Source: Trueperaceae bacterium
Lineage (GTDB): Bacteria > Deinococcota > Deinococci > Deinococcales > Trueperaceae
DNA: 64,000 nucleotides
Assembly: GCA_965213925.1 (NCBI GenBank)
Contig: OZ243927.1
Location: forward strand, 4,416,001-4,480,000
Reading direction: 5' to 3'
The number at the start of each line of letters is the position of its first letter. The stretch's first letter is position 1. The position numbers and the translations under genes were made by a program. This document shows positions 9,825-19,163 of this stretch, in pieces. The notes beneath the pieces are model-generated. The model did not search any database. It saw only the letters and a program-made list of their open reading frames with translations, and was not told the DNA's origin.

Positions 9825-11447
9825 CTAAAAGAGCGAGTTTAGCACGCCGCTAGCACTCACTAACAGCCCTACATTAAAGGTGAGCTGCGCGAGCAGCGGG
9901 GTGAAGCCGCTCTTGGTGCGCCAGTAGACGACCCCCAAAACCACGCCGATGATAAAGAGGAGCAGCAGCGGCGTGCCGAGCACGAGCGCGTAGAGGACGC
10001 TCGAGATAGCCACTCCGTAGAAGGGCGTGTAGCGGCGCTCGAGCGAGGGAATCGCGAAGGCGCGAAAGAAGAGTTCGGCGAAGGGCAGCGCGAGCACCGC
10101 GATAAAGGCGGGCATGAGGGGCACGTTCGCCGGGTAGAGCCCGGTCCAGGCGGTCGCCGAGGCGACCGCCTGAAACCCGAAAGTCCCCGCCAGGAGAACG
10201 CCGCCCAAACCTATCCCTAGTAACGCCTGCGAGGGCGAGCCGAGAAGCGTCTTGACGGGTTGCCAGCCGTTCGCCGAGACGCGCCAGATGGAGAGCCCCG
10301 CCAGGAAGAGGGCGAGCACCGTCAGGAAGACCGCGCGCATCTCGGCGCTCTGAAAAGGCGTCAAGAGGGCGATGAAGTTGTGGTAGCGGACGTAGCCGTA
10401 GATGACCGCCGCGCCGAGCGCCCCGAGGAGGGCGATGAAGAGCACGCGGTAGACCTGCCCGACCGTCCAGGGCTCCGGATGCTGGGTCGGCTCTAAGCTC
10501 GAGGTCTGTTCGACGCGGCTTTCGCCCATGAGGTGGAGCGCCAACAGGACGACGAACCCGACCAGCCAGAGCATACTCTGCTCTAGGAGTAGCTCGCGCA
10601 GCCCGCCGCGCCGCAGGGCGGTCTTGAGGGCGAGTTCTCCGCGCTGCAGGTCGCCTTGACCGTAGTAGATGAGCACGAGGTTGCGCAGGTCGCGCCCCGA
10701 GGCGGCGCTGTCCATAAAGCCACGCGCGGTCACAGCCGCCTCGAGGTTATCTGCTGCAGCTGCTAAGTCGCCTTGGCTCCACTGCGCCTGGGCTAAGAGC
10801 GAGAGCAGGTCGGGGCTGCGCGTAGACGCACCTTCTAAGGTCGTCACGGCTGCGGCCGCGTCGCCGCGCGCCAGCTGCAAACGCGCCAGCGCAAGGCGGT
10901 AAGCGGCACTTTGCGGTTTCGCCTCGGCCGCCCGCTCGAAATGGATGAGCGCTTCGGCGGATCGCCGCTGCGCCTGCGCCAGTTGCCCGCTGAGAAAGTG
11001 CTGCTGCCCCTCTAAGCGCCCTCCGGTCTGGGTTTGCGCGCTGCGTTCCGCCGTTCGGAGGTGGGACGCCGCCCTCTCTAAATCGCCTCCTTTAAGCGCA
11101 ATCTCAGCTAAGAGCAGAGACGCTTCCGCGTTCTGAGGCAGCGCCAAAAGGCGCGTCTTCGCCTCACCGAGCTTGCCGAGACCGAGTTCGGTGCGGGCGA
11201 GCGCCACCGTCGCCGCGCTGAAATCGGGGCGTATCTGGAGGGCGTTGAGACAGCTCTGACGCGCCGTCTCCAGGTCGCCGCTCGCTTCGAAGCGCAGACA
11301 CTGCTGATAGTAAGCGTTCGCGTTAAAGCCACTTTGCGCGGCGCTAAGTTGGAGCGATAAAAGTAGGACGAGCGCACCCATGAGTCCGTGGATACGTCTT
11401 CGTCCCCCGAGATGAGACGTGAAAGGGGCAGGTGCAAACCGAGACAT
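9825..11447 (-). CDS. Signal peptide + TPR ectodomain fused to a CPBP/Abi-like intramembrane domain
   Basis: TPR helices, then about 8 hydrophobic segments; degenerate CPBP motifs ELFFR, YWRTKS, QLTFN. Confidence 0.75.
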   Translation of the reverse strand: MSRFAPAPFTSHLGGRRRIHGLMGALVLLLSLQLSAAQSGFNANAYYQQCLRFEASGDLETARQSCLNALQIRPDFSAATVALARTELGLGKLGEAKTRLLALPQNAEASLLLAEIALKGGDLERAASHLRTAERSAQTQTGGRLEGQQHFLSGQLAQAQRRSAEALIHFERAAEAKPQSAAYRLALARLQLARGDAAAAVTTLEGASTRSPDLLSLLAQAQWSQGDLAAAADNLEAAVTARGFMDSAASGRDLRNLVLIYYGQGDLQRGELALKTALRRGGLRELLLEQSMLWLVGFVVLLALHLMGESRVEQTSSLEPTQHPEPWTVGQVYRVLFIALLGALGAAVIYGYVRYHNFIALLTPFQSAEMRAVFLTVLALFLAGLSIWRVSANGWQPVKTLLGSPSQALLGIGLGGVLLAGTFGFQAVASATAWTGLYPANVPLMPAFIAVLALPFAELFFRAFAIPSLERRYTPFYGVAISSVLYALVLGTPLLLLFIIGVVLGVVYWRTKSGFTPLLAQLTFNVGLLVSASGVLNSLF

Positions 11448-12168
11448 GGGTTTATCCTAGAGCACGTTTCGGTAACGAGGAGATGCATTTTGCCTCAATT
11501 CGCGCCCTAAGAGCACCTCCCCCGCCAAGCTAGACCTCTTGAGTCTGACCCAACAGTGACTTCAATACTACAGCAGTTCCGCGACATGCCGAGAGGGATG
11601 AGCGCAGATTTCACAGCTTGCTGTAACAGAACCTCATCCCCGAATGTGCGTGCTAGACTTTGTTTCGTCTCACTACGCAAGCCTACGGAACAGTGAGAGT
11701 GTAACTGACCAGATGAAAGTGCCCCGAATGGGTATACCTGCTATTACTTGCTCAGTCGCGCCTCGCGGCGTCCGGTAGCTGAGCACGGCTCGCTCTGCTC
11801 GCAAAGTTACGGCGCTCATCTGACGCTTGAGGACAGCACTTCCTAAGCAAAACGCGCACGAATGTGCCCTAAGTTGTATATAATTTCGGTTAAGACGGAC
11901 GTAAAGCAAAGGTCGTAGGCGGTGTCCTTAACCCTGGAGCGTTTCCCCGAAGCGCAGACTGGCGTTTAATTTATCACCTGACCCCGGCGCTGCGCCGACT
12001 ATACTTACTAAGGAGAGTTGTAGCGACCACGTCGGAGTAACCATACTAAGAGGATGAAGGTTTCTTTAGGGAATCACAGATTATTTTACTAAACTCCCTG
12101 CTACCATAAGCTCATGATGGTTATACCTTCTCTATTCGCTTTTCCACCTCTCCCCCGAAGGGCACACT

Positions 12169-12609
12169 GTGACTGAAATCTTTTTGTGGTTCTGCCTGAG
12201 TCAGACCTTAGCGAGCCTCCCCGCGATGACCCCCGGCACCGAGGTCAAGCTCGTCCATCCCGACCTCGTTCCCGTCTTCGATACGGCGGTAGTCGAGGAC
12301 GGTCAGCTCGCCTTTTCGGAGCGGCTCGAGCCCGGCACCGAACTTAGGATGCTTTTTTTAGCGCCCGACGCCGACGAGAAGCAGAGCGTCGCCTCCATGA
12401 GCGACGCCCCTTTCGGCCGCATCAGCTCACGCGGCAGCGACATCTTGGTCGAGTTTGAAGGTTACGAAGCGCCCGTTTCGTTTCAGCGCTGGCTGGGCGA
12501 AGAGCGCGACATCGAGCTTATCTTACCCGAGCCGGAGGGCAGCGGGGACGACAATTCCCAGGACCAGCAGCGGTCTGAAGATGAAGCAGGTGACGAAAAT
12601 GAAAGATAA
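12169..12609 (+). CDS. Hypothetical, possibly exported protein at the head of the two-component operon
   Basis: 146-aa ORF with acidic tail that overlaps the regulator start. Confidence 0.6.
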   Translation: MTEIFLWFCLSQTLASLPAMTPGTEVKLVHPDLVPVFDTAVVEDGQLAFSERLEPGTELRMLFLAPDADEKQSVASMSDAPFGRISSRGSDILVEFEGYEAPVSFQRWLGEERDIELILPEPEGSGDDNSQDQQRSEDEAGDENER

Positions 12610-13267
12610 ACATATCCTTATCGTTGAAGACGACCTAGACATTAGCCGCTTACTCAGCTTAGAGCTTGAAGAAGCCGGGTTCTCGGTGAGCGCTTGTGAC
12701 ACTGGGATGCGCGGTCTCGCCGCCGTGCGCGAAGGCGACCCCGACCTCATCGTCCTGGACTTGGGTCTGCCCGACCTAAACGGCGCGGAGATCGCGCGGC
12801 GCGTGCGCAAAACGAGCGAGACGCCTATCATCATCTTGACCGCCGCCGACGACGTCGAGACGAAGGTTGACCTCTTGAATTCGGGCGCGGACGACTATCT
12901 CGCCAAGCCCTTTCACGCCGAAGAACTCATCGCCAGGGTACGCGTGCAACTGCGTCACCGCAGCGCGGGCGCGGCGCAAACGATCGGTGACATGGTCCTA
13001 GACCCGGCGCGGCGGCAGCTCTTCTGGGACGACCAAGAGGTGCGCCTCTCCCCGCGCGAGTTCGACTTGCTCGTCTATTTGTGCAACGCGCCGGGGCGCG
13101 TCTACAGCCGCCACGAGATCGAGCACAATGTCTGGGGTGAGGATTTGCCGCCCTCGAGCAACGTCGTAGACGTACATATCGCCAACATCCGCTCTAAGCT
13201 GCGCGACGCGGGCGGCTACGGTCTCATTCGCACGGTGCGCGGCATCGGTTACGCGATCAAAAGCTAA
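12599..13267 (+). CDS. OmpR-family response regulator
   Basis: ILIVEDD, LDLGLP, GADDYLAKPF receiver; VDVHIANIRSKL..IRTVRGIGY winged helix. Confidence 0.93.
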   Translation: MKDKHILIVEDDLDISRLLSLELEEAGFSVSACDTGMRGLAAVREGDPDLIVLDLGLPDLNGAEIARRVRKTSETPIIILTAADDVETKVDLLNSGADDYLAKPFHAEELIARVRVQLRHRSAGAAQTIGDMVLDPARRQLFWDDQEVRLSPREFDLLVYLCNAPGRVYSRHEIEHNVWGEDLPPSSNVVDVHIANIRSKLRDAGGYGLIRTVRGIGYAIKS

Positions 13268-13403
13268 AGCGTAACGAAGAAAGAGGGGGTGTTGAGGTAT
13301 TCTAGCGTGTGTTCGCTTCGCCCAATGCCCCTCTCAGCGCCGCACGGCATACTGAGCGCGTGTACCTTGTGAAACGCTCATTCCGCCACTCAAGGGGTAC
13401 GCG

Positions 13404-14804
13404 GTGATCGTACGAGGCGGCATCCCGCTCCGGTGGCGCATCGCCATCTTGAGCAGCCTGGCGGTGGCGCTGCTCAGCGTTATCGCCGCGCTCATCGCCT
13501 TCGCTGTGGTGCGCTCCTCGCTCACGGGCGACCTGCAGCGCTCACTGCGCGAAGACGTGGTTAGGGTCGCTCGAGACTACGGCGGCGGGGACGAGCTAGA
13601 AACACCAGAAACAACCGGTAGTGAAGCGGAAGCGGAGACCGATACGGCGCTTCAGCTTCCTCCCTCCGGTCCGACGGGCGGCGTCACGATTCAGCTCTAT
13701 AACTTCGAGGGCACGTTCATCGCCGCTTCTGACGACGACGTTCAAGACTACGGAGTCGGAGACAATTTGGAAATCCCTCAAGAGGTCGTCGCGTCCGTGG
13801 ACGAAGGCATCCTCGACTGGCGCGGCACCCTAAACGGCAGACCCGTCCGCGCCGCGCTGACGCCCGTGAGCTTCGGTGTGGTCGCGGTCATTTCGCCTTC
13901 GACCTATATCGGCACGGCGCTCAACCAGTTGGCGAGGGCCTTAGCGATCACCGGCACCGCGCTTATTTTGCTCAGCAGTTTAATTGGCTACTTGGTGGCG
14001 GCGGCGGCGATGCGCCCGATTACGCAACTCGCTAACCTCGCCGCGCAGCTCGACCCCAACCACCTAGCCCCCATCGACTACCGCGGACCTAAAGACGAAG
14101 TCGGACAGCTCAACTACGTTCTCAACGACCTCATCTTGCGTCTCCGGGCGTCGATGGACGCGCAGCGGAGCTTTCTGGCGGAGACGAGCCACGAACTCCG
14201 CACGCCGCTGACCAGCTTGCAAGGCTTTTTAGACCGCGCCGTGCGGCGCGCGCCGCCCGAGGTAAGAAACGACCTGGAGGACGTGCGGCGCATTGCCAGG
14301 ACGATGTCGCGCCTCGTCGCCGATATTTTGCAGCTTTCGCGCGGTCAACTCGTCCGCGAATACGTGCCGCACCTACTCGACCCCTACCACGACATCTTAC
14401 AACCCGTCGCCGAAGAGTTCCCCGGCACGCGCCTAGACGCGAGCCCCGGTCAGCTCCTGCTCGGCGACCCCGAGCGTTTGCGCCAACTCATCCGCAACCT
14501 CACCGCCAACGCCGTGCGCGCGACGGGCAGCCCGGAAAAGGTCGTTCTAGCGCTCTCTCAATCCGAAGGCGCACTTGTATTAAGCGTCTACGACAGCGGA
14601 CCCGGCATTCCGCCTGATATCTTGCCGCATATCTTCGACAAGTTCTATAAAGGCGCGGGCGGCGGCGCGGGGCTCGGGCTCGCGATCGCCAGACAGATCG
14701 CCGAAGTGCATCAGGGCGACATCGAGGTCGACAGCGTCTACGGTCAGGGTACAACCTTCCGCGTGACGCTGCCGACGTTTGCCGACGCGGTGGTAGACGA
14801 ATAG
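13404..14804 (+). CDS. HAMP-domain sensor histidine kinase
   Basis: Two TM segments, HAMP, SHELRTPLT H-box, N-box NLTANA, DSGPGI, GLGLAI. Confidence 0.93.
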   Translation: MIVRGGIPLRWRIAILSSLAVALLSVIAALIAFAVVRSSLTGDLQRSLREDVVRVARDYGGGDELETPETTGSEAEAETDTALQLPPSGPTGGVTIQLYNFEGTFIAASDDDVQDYGVGDNLEIPQEVVASVDEGILDWRGTLNGRPVRAALTPVSFGVVAVISPSTYIGTALNQLARALAITGTALILLSSLIGYLVAAAAMRPITQLANLAAQLDPNHLAPIDYRGPKDEVGQLNYVLNDLILRLRASMDAQRSFLAETSHELRTPLTSLQGFLDRAVRRAPPEVRNDLEDVRRIARTMSRLVADILQLSRGQLVREYVPHLLDPYHDILQPVAEEFPGTRLDASPGQLLLGDPERLRQLIRNLTANAVRATGSPEKVVLALSQSEGALVLSVYDSGPGIPPDILPHIFDKFYKGAGGGAGLGLAIARQIAEVHQGDIEVDSVYGQGTTFRVTLPTFADAVVDE

Positions 14805-14806
14805 GG

Positions 14807-15442
14807 CTAAGGCGTCTGAATCAGGCTCATCCTGAGCCCGTCTACGATGAACTGCACCGCGAGCGCCGCAAGTAACACGCCCAGCACGCGGCTCACCACC
14901 CCCGAGCCCGTCACGCCGATGAGCTTCATCAGACGCCCCGCCATGAGGAGCGACAGCAAGGCGAGTAGCAGCACCGCGATGAGCACACCCAAAAGCGAAA
15001 ACGTCACCCAGATGTCGGGGCTGCGCCCGTTGAGCAGGAGCATCGTCGTGATCGCGCCCGGCCCGCCGATGAGGGGGATGGCGAGCGGAAATACCGAGAT
15101 GTCTTGACGCTGCGCCGCTTCCGCTTGCTCACGCACCGTGGTCGAGCGCAAGCCCGAGTCGCGCACGAGCACCATGTCAATCGCGAGCAAAAAGAGGAGC
15201 ACCCCGCCGGCGACGCGAAACGCCGACAAACTGATGCCCAAAACGCTGAGGAGCGGATTGCCGATAAAGGTAAAGATCACGAGGATAACAGCGGCGATGC
15301 TCACGCCCCGAAAGGCGATACGCCGCCTTTCCGCCTCCGTTTCTTTTTGCGTGAGCGCCCCGAAGATGGGCGCGAGGCTTATAGGGTCAACGACGACGAT
15401 AAGCGTCACGAAGGCGTTGAGAAGAAGGTCTAAGGTGTTCAT
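14807..15442 (-). CDS. MarC-family membrane protein
   Basis: VVDP..P.F, FRVAGGVLLF, PLAIPLIGGPGAI, R.LG.LL.A.AVQF motifs. Confidence 0.9.
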   Translation of the reverse strand: MNTLDLLLNAFVTLIVVVDPISLAPIFGALTQKETEAERRRIAFRGVSIAAVILVIFTFIGNPLLSVLGISLSAFRVAGGVLLFLLAIDMVLVRDSGLRSTTVREQAEAAQRQDISVFPLAIPLIGGPGAITTMLLLNGRSPDIWVTFSLLGVLIAVLLLALLSLLMAGRLMKLIGVTGSGVVSRVLGVLLAALAVQFIVDGLRMSLIQTP

Positions 15443-15714
15443 GTGAGGTCATGTCCCCCGAAGAGAGGTGAGGGGTTACTGGGCGCGGACGAGATACGCT
15501 AGTGTGCGAGGAGATCAAGGACGCTCGAGCACTCGCGTCCCCGCAAAGCCTCAATTTCGCTCGCCCCGCCAGCCGTAAGCCACTATTAAGCACACTAAAA
15601 CGCCACCCGCCGTCACCATAAAGGGTGAATTGCATAAAAAGTGCAGTCGACCTTTCAGTCTCGAGCAGCGCTCCGCGGACCCCACCTCGAGCTAACGTCC
15701 TACACGATTACCTT

Positions 15715-16173
15715 TTACTCCAAAAAGTCCTCGAAGTCTGAAAGTATCGTTTCGGCGTCGGCGCTGCTCCTCGCGATGACCATAATCGTATTTTGCCCCG
15801 CCAACGTGCCGACGACCTCTTCGCGCTCGAGCTTGTCGATCACGTAAGCGATGCCCGAAGCGTGCCCCTCGTCCGTGTTGACGACGATGATATTCTCCCC
15901 CCTGTCGATGTCGCGCACAAATAATCTAAAGCGTTGCGTCAACTCGCCGACCACGTCCTCTTGGGCCGCTAAAGGCGTCGAGCGGTAGCGGTGCTGACCG
16001 TTACCCGCGGGCAGCCGCACCAACCTCAGCTCGTTGACGTCGCGGCTCACGGTCGCTTGCGTCACCTTCACGCCGCGGCTGGCTAGGTGCTCGGCAATCT
16101 CGGACTGCGTCGCGATGAATTCGTTCTCGACGAGTTCTTCGATCAAACGTTGTCTATACTCTTTGCTCGGCAT
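15715..16173 (-). CDS. argR: Arginine repressor ArgR
   Basis: TQ.EI..HL..G..VTQATVSRD winged helix; GTLAG C-terminal motif. Confidence 0.92.
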   Translation of the reverse strand: MPSKEYRQRLIEELVENEFIATQSEIAEHLASRGVKVTQATVSRDVNELRLVRLPAGNGQHRYRSTPLAAQEDVVGELTQRFRLFVRDIDRGENIIVVNTDEGHASGIAYVIDKLEREEVVGTLAGQNTIMVIARSSADAETILSDFEDFLE

Positions 16174-16187
16174 ATTTATTCATTATA
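16169..16187 (-). promoter_or_regulatory. argR -10 box with an ARG box overlapping the start codon
   Basis: Minus strand reads TATAATGAATAAATATGCC: TATAAT overlapping TGAAT-AAAT-ATGCC, which contains the ATG. Confidence 0.7.
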
Positions 16188-16408
16188 CACGAATTTCGCG
16201 TTGTATACATTGGTCAGCTGCAGGACATTACAAAGGGTCAGCCGAGCAAACGTAGAGTGGGCTTGTCCTCCGAGCAGTCCGAGACTTTAAGCTAAGAGAG
16301 GACACATCCACCTCCCGCAGCCAGTCTACTTCGTCGGCTTGCGCGGTACAAAAGGTGCAGCCGCTTACGCACTAAAATGCAGCACGTGCACACCGAAAGG
16401 AGACCAGA

Positions 16409-17209
16409 ATAAACGCTCACAGTACCGAACCGCTCACCTTCAACCGTCTCCTCACCGACCTTCGCGCTTGCGGCGTTCGTGAGGGTCAAACCCTCATCGT
16501 TCACGGCTCGCTCAGCCGCGTAGGGTTCGTGATCGGCGGCGCTGAAACGCTCGTGCGCGCGCTCCTTGCCGCTGTGAGCGAAGAAGGTACGCTCGTCGTC
16601 CCGACGCAAACTTGGAAGAACCTCGACCCGGAAAGGGGTGTACACGGCGACATTCCCGAAGCTTGGTACCCGACCTTGCGCGAGCACTGGCCCGCCTACG
16701 ACCCTGCCATCACGCCTTCGCTCAACATGGGCATCTTAGCCGAAACCGTGCGGCTCTGGCCCGGCGCGGTGCGCAGCGCGCATCCCGCTCGCTCCTTTGC
16801 GGCGCTAGGCGCGAACGCTAGCGACCTCATGGCGGAGCATTCCCTAGAAAGTCCGACCGGAGAAGGTTCACCGCTGGCGAAACTCTACGACCTTGGCGCT
16901 TACGTTCTGCTACTCGGCGTCGGGCATGACAAGAACACCTCGCTGCATCTAGCGGAAGACAGAGCCAACTACGCTCCTAAATCTGTCATCACCGAGAGCA
17001 GCGCGCTCATGATAGACGGTGAGCGGCGGTGGGTAAGTTATGAGGTATTAGAGCCTATATCGGACGACTTCGGCGCGATAGGTGCGGCGTTTGAAAGAGA
17101 AGCCAACTTAGGGCCCTGCTACGTCGGAGAGGCTGAGACGAAGCTTATGGATCAACATGCGCTTGTCAACTTCGCAGCCGACTATATGGAGTCGCACCGT
17201 GGAAAATAA
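16409..17209 (+). CDS. AAC(3)/YokD-family N-acetyltransferase with probable non-canonical ATA start
   Basis: LTDLRACGVREGQTLIVHGSLS upstream of the called GTG 16529; MGILAE, RSAHP..SF, SPLAKLY, NTSLHLAE; AAAGGAG SD before ATA 16409. Confidence 0.8.
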   Translation: MNAHSTEPLTFNRLLTDLRACGVREGQTLIVHGSLSRVGFVIGGAETLVRALLAAVSEEGTLVVPTQTWKNLDPERGVHGDIPEAWYPTLREHWPAYDPAITPSLNMGILAETVRLWPGAVRSAHPARSFAALGANASDLMAEHSLESPTGEGSPLAKLYDLGAYVLLLGVGHDKNTSLHLAEDRANYAPKSVITESSALMIDGERRWVSYEVLEPISDDFGAIGAAFEREANLGPCYVGEAETKLMDQHALVNFAADYMESHRGK

Positions 17210-17210
17210 G

Positions 17211-17858
17211 ATGACACTCCCTCCCGAAGAGCCACATTTCGGACCGTGGGCCGTCGAGCTGCTAGAAACGTTCGTCCAGCTACTCACAAGTGAATGTCCA
17301 GACGCTTTGGCGCGACCTTGCATCATTGCGATTGACGGGAGAAGCGCGAGTGGAAAGTCTACGCTGGCAGCCGCCTTGAATAGCGCTACATCTAGCTCAG
17401 CCACCGTCCGTACGGATGACGTTGCTTGGCATCATTCTTTTTTCGACTGGACGCACCTTCTTTTAAGCAACGTTCTAAAACCCATCCGCGCCGGGCAAGG
17501 CATTTCGTACCGTCCGCCAGCTTGGAAAGAACGACACCGCGAAGGGGCAATCACCGTGCCGCAGGGCTGCTCTATGCTCATCCTCGAGGGCGTCGGCGCA
17601 GCTCGCCGTGAACTCATGCATTTAATCGACATCGTCATCTGGGTTCAAGCCGACCTGGAGGAGGCGAAAGCGAGAGGTGTTAAGCGCGACGGCGGTGACG
17701 CGGGGGCTGCTGAGTTTTGGGAAGAGTGGATGGGCGAGGAATTTCCGTTCTTAGCAGACCAACGACCTTGGGAAAGGGCGAATGTCGTGATTAACGGTAC
17801 GCCCGAGGGCAAGCACGACCTATCCACACACATCATGATTGCGCGTCGGAATCCATGA
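17211..17858 (+). CDS. P-loop kinase, uridine kinase-like
   Basis: IAIDGRSASGKST Walker A, TDD, LILEGVG, R...RDG lid. Confidence 0.8.
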   Translation: MTLPPEEPHFGPWAVELLETFVQLLTSECPDALARPCIIAIDGRSASGKSTLAAALNSATSSSATVRTDDVAWHHSFFDWTHLLLSNVLKPIRAGQGISYRPPAWKERHREGAITVPQGCSMLILEGVGAARRELMHLIDIVIWVQADLEEAKARGVKRDGGDAGAAEFWEEWMGEEFPFLADQRPWERANVVINGTPEGKHDLSTHIMIARRNP

Positions 17859-18715
17859 CGCTACCTGACACGCACCTCACCCTCGCTCACAAAGTTGCCG
17901 GGCACTTTGCCCGGTTACCCCAAGTCGAAGCTGTCGCCCTCGGCGGGTCGTTCGTAAGCGGCGTAGCGGATGACGTCTCCGATATCGACGTATACGTATA
18001 CACGGCGGACGAAATTCCTGTAAACGCACGCTTGGACGTCGTGAAATCGCTGGGCGGCGCAGCAAAGGCGAGCATGGACATGACCTTCTGGGGCTACGAC
18101 GACAGCTGGGTTGACCGAAAGACGGGAGTCGAGGTGGATGTCGTCTACCTCCGTACCACCTGGCTCGAGGCGCAGCTCGAGAGGGTCATCATTCAGCACG
18201 AGCCGAGCGGCGGTTACACGACGAGCTTTTGGCGTACCGTCCGGCATTCGCAGATACTCAGCGACCCGGAGGGTTGGTTCACCAAGCTCCAGACTTGGAG
18301 CAGACGAGACTATCCCGAAACGCTCAGGCGCAACATCGTCACGTTCAACCACGCTGCCCTGAGAAACCTCGCGCCCTCTTACCGGAACGTGCTCGCAAAA
18401 TCCGTCAAGCGAGGCGACATTGTCAGCGTTCACAGCCACACCGAGTACTTCTTCAAGAGCTACTTCGACATCATCTTCGCCCTAAACCGCGTTTTGCATC
18501 CGGGTGAAAAGCGCCTGCTCGCCTTCGCTCGGCGCTGCGAGAGGTTGCCCCTCAACATGGAAGCGGACGTTAGGGCGGTGCTTCGCGCCTCGAGTCTGGC
18601 TGATGAGACGCTCATTAAACGCATCGACACGCTGATGGACCGTCTCGACGACCTCTTAGTTTTAGAAGGCTTCGACCCGGACGCCTCACGCCCTACGGCG
18701 ATCGAGGGAAAGTAA
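17855..18715 (+). CDS. Nucleotidyltransferase-domain protein (DUF4037-like)
   Basis: ALGGS..SGVADDVSDID polymerase-beta motif; SYFDIIFALN...HPGEKRL. Confidence 0.82.
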   Translation: MTLPDTHLTLAHKVAGHFARLPQVEAVALGGSFVSGVADDVSDIDVYVYTADEIPVNARLDVVKSLGGAAKASMDMTFWGYDDSWVDRKTGVEVDVVYLRTTWLEAQLERVIIQHEPSGGYTTSFWRTVRHSQILSDPEGWFTKLQTWSRRDYPETLRRNIVTFNHAALRNLAPSYRNVLAKSVKRGDIVSVHSHTEYFFKSYFDIIFALNRVLHPGEKRLLAFARRCERLPLNMEADVRAVLRASSLADETLIKRIDTLMDRLDDLLVLEGFDPDASRPTAIEGK

Positions 18716-18736
18716 CTCGACTCGAGGAGGAGACCC

Positions 18737-19117
18737 GTGCAAAAACCGCTCAAAAGCATCCGCCACCTTATCCATACGAACCCGGACCTGCGTCGCCCCA
18801 GATGGTTTATCCTCATAGCCCTCATCCTCTTCGCCGCGCTAGGGCTGCTCATCCTCGCAGCGAGCAGCGTCGCGCAGACGTTCGGCGCGGACGTAACGAC
18901 CCTCTTTACGCTAGGTAAAGTCTTGATCGCCCTACCGATGTGGGCAGGTGTCGTCGTCATGTTTTCGTTTATGTGCCGCATGTAATTGAGGGATTCTGAG
19001 CCATTCACACCCGACACCTCTCTATCTCGACCTCGAGCAAAAACTGAAAAGCTCACCTGGTGGCAGCGTGGCACCATCGACCAAACCCATCTGCGCAGCT
19101 TCAAGAATATCTGGTAA
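18737..19117 (+). pseudogene. Small two-TM membrane protein gene, possibly interrupted by TAA at 18983
   Basis: GAGGAG SD; 82-aa ORF, then the same frame stays open 43 codons after the TAA. Confidence 0.4.
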
Positions 19118-19163
19118 CGTTCTGCCGAACCAACACCTATACCTAGACTCGGAGCCTCCCTGC

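Noticed and set aside
11615..11632. DdrO/RDRM site
   Set aside because: Only the ACAGAA half matches
11950..12040. ZTP riboswitch (GACTGGCG)
   Set aside because: The 3' CGCCTGGGC pseudoknot partner is missing and no purine or folate gene follows
15631..15645. ARG box upstream of marC (TGCATAAAAAGTGCA)
   Set aside because: Half-site spacing is one base too long and there is no partner box
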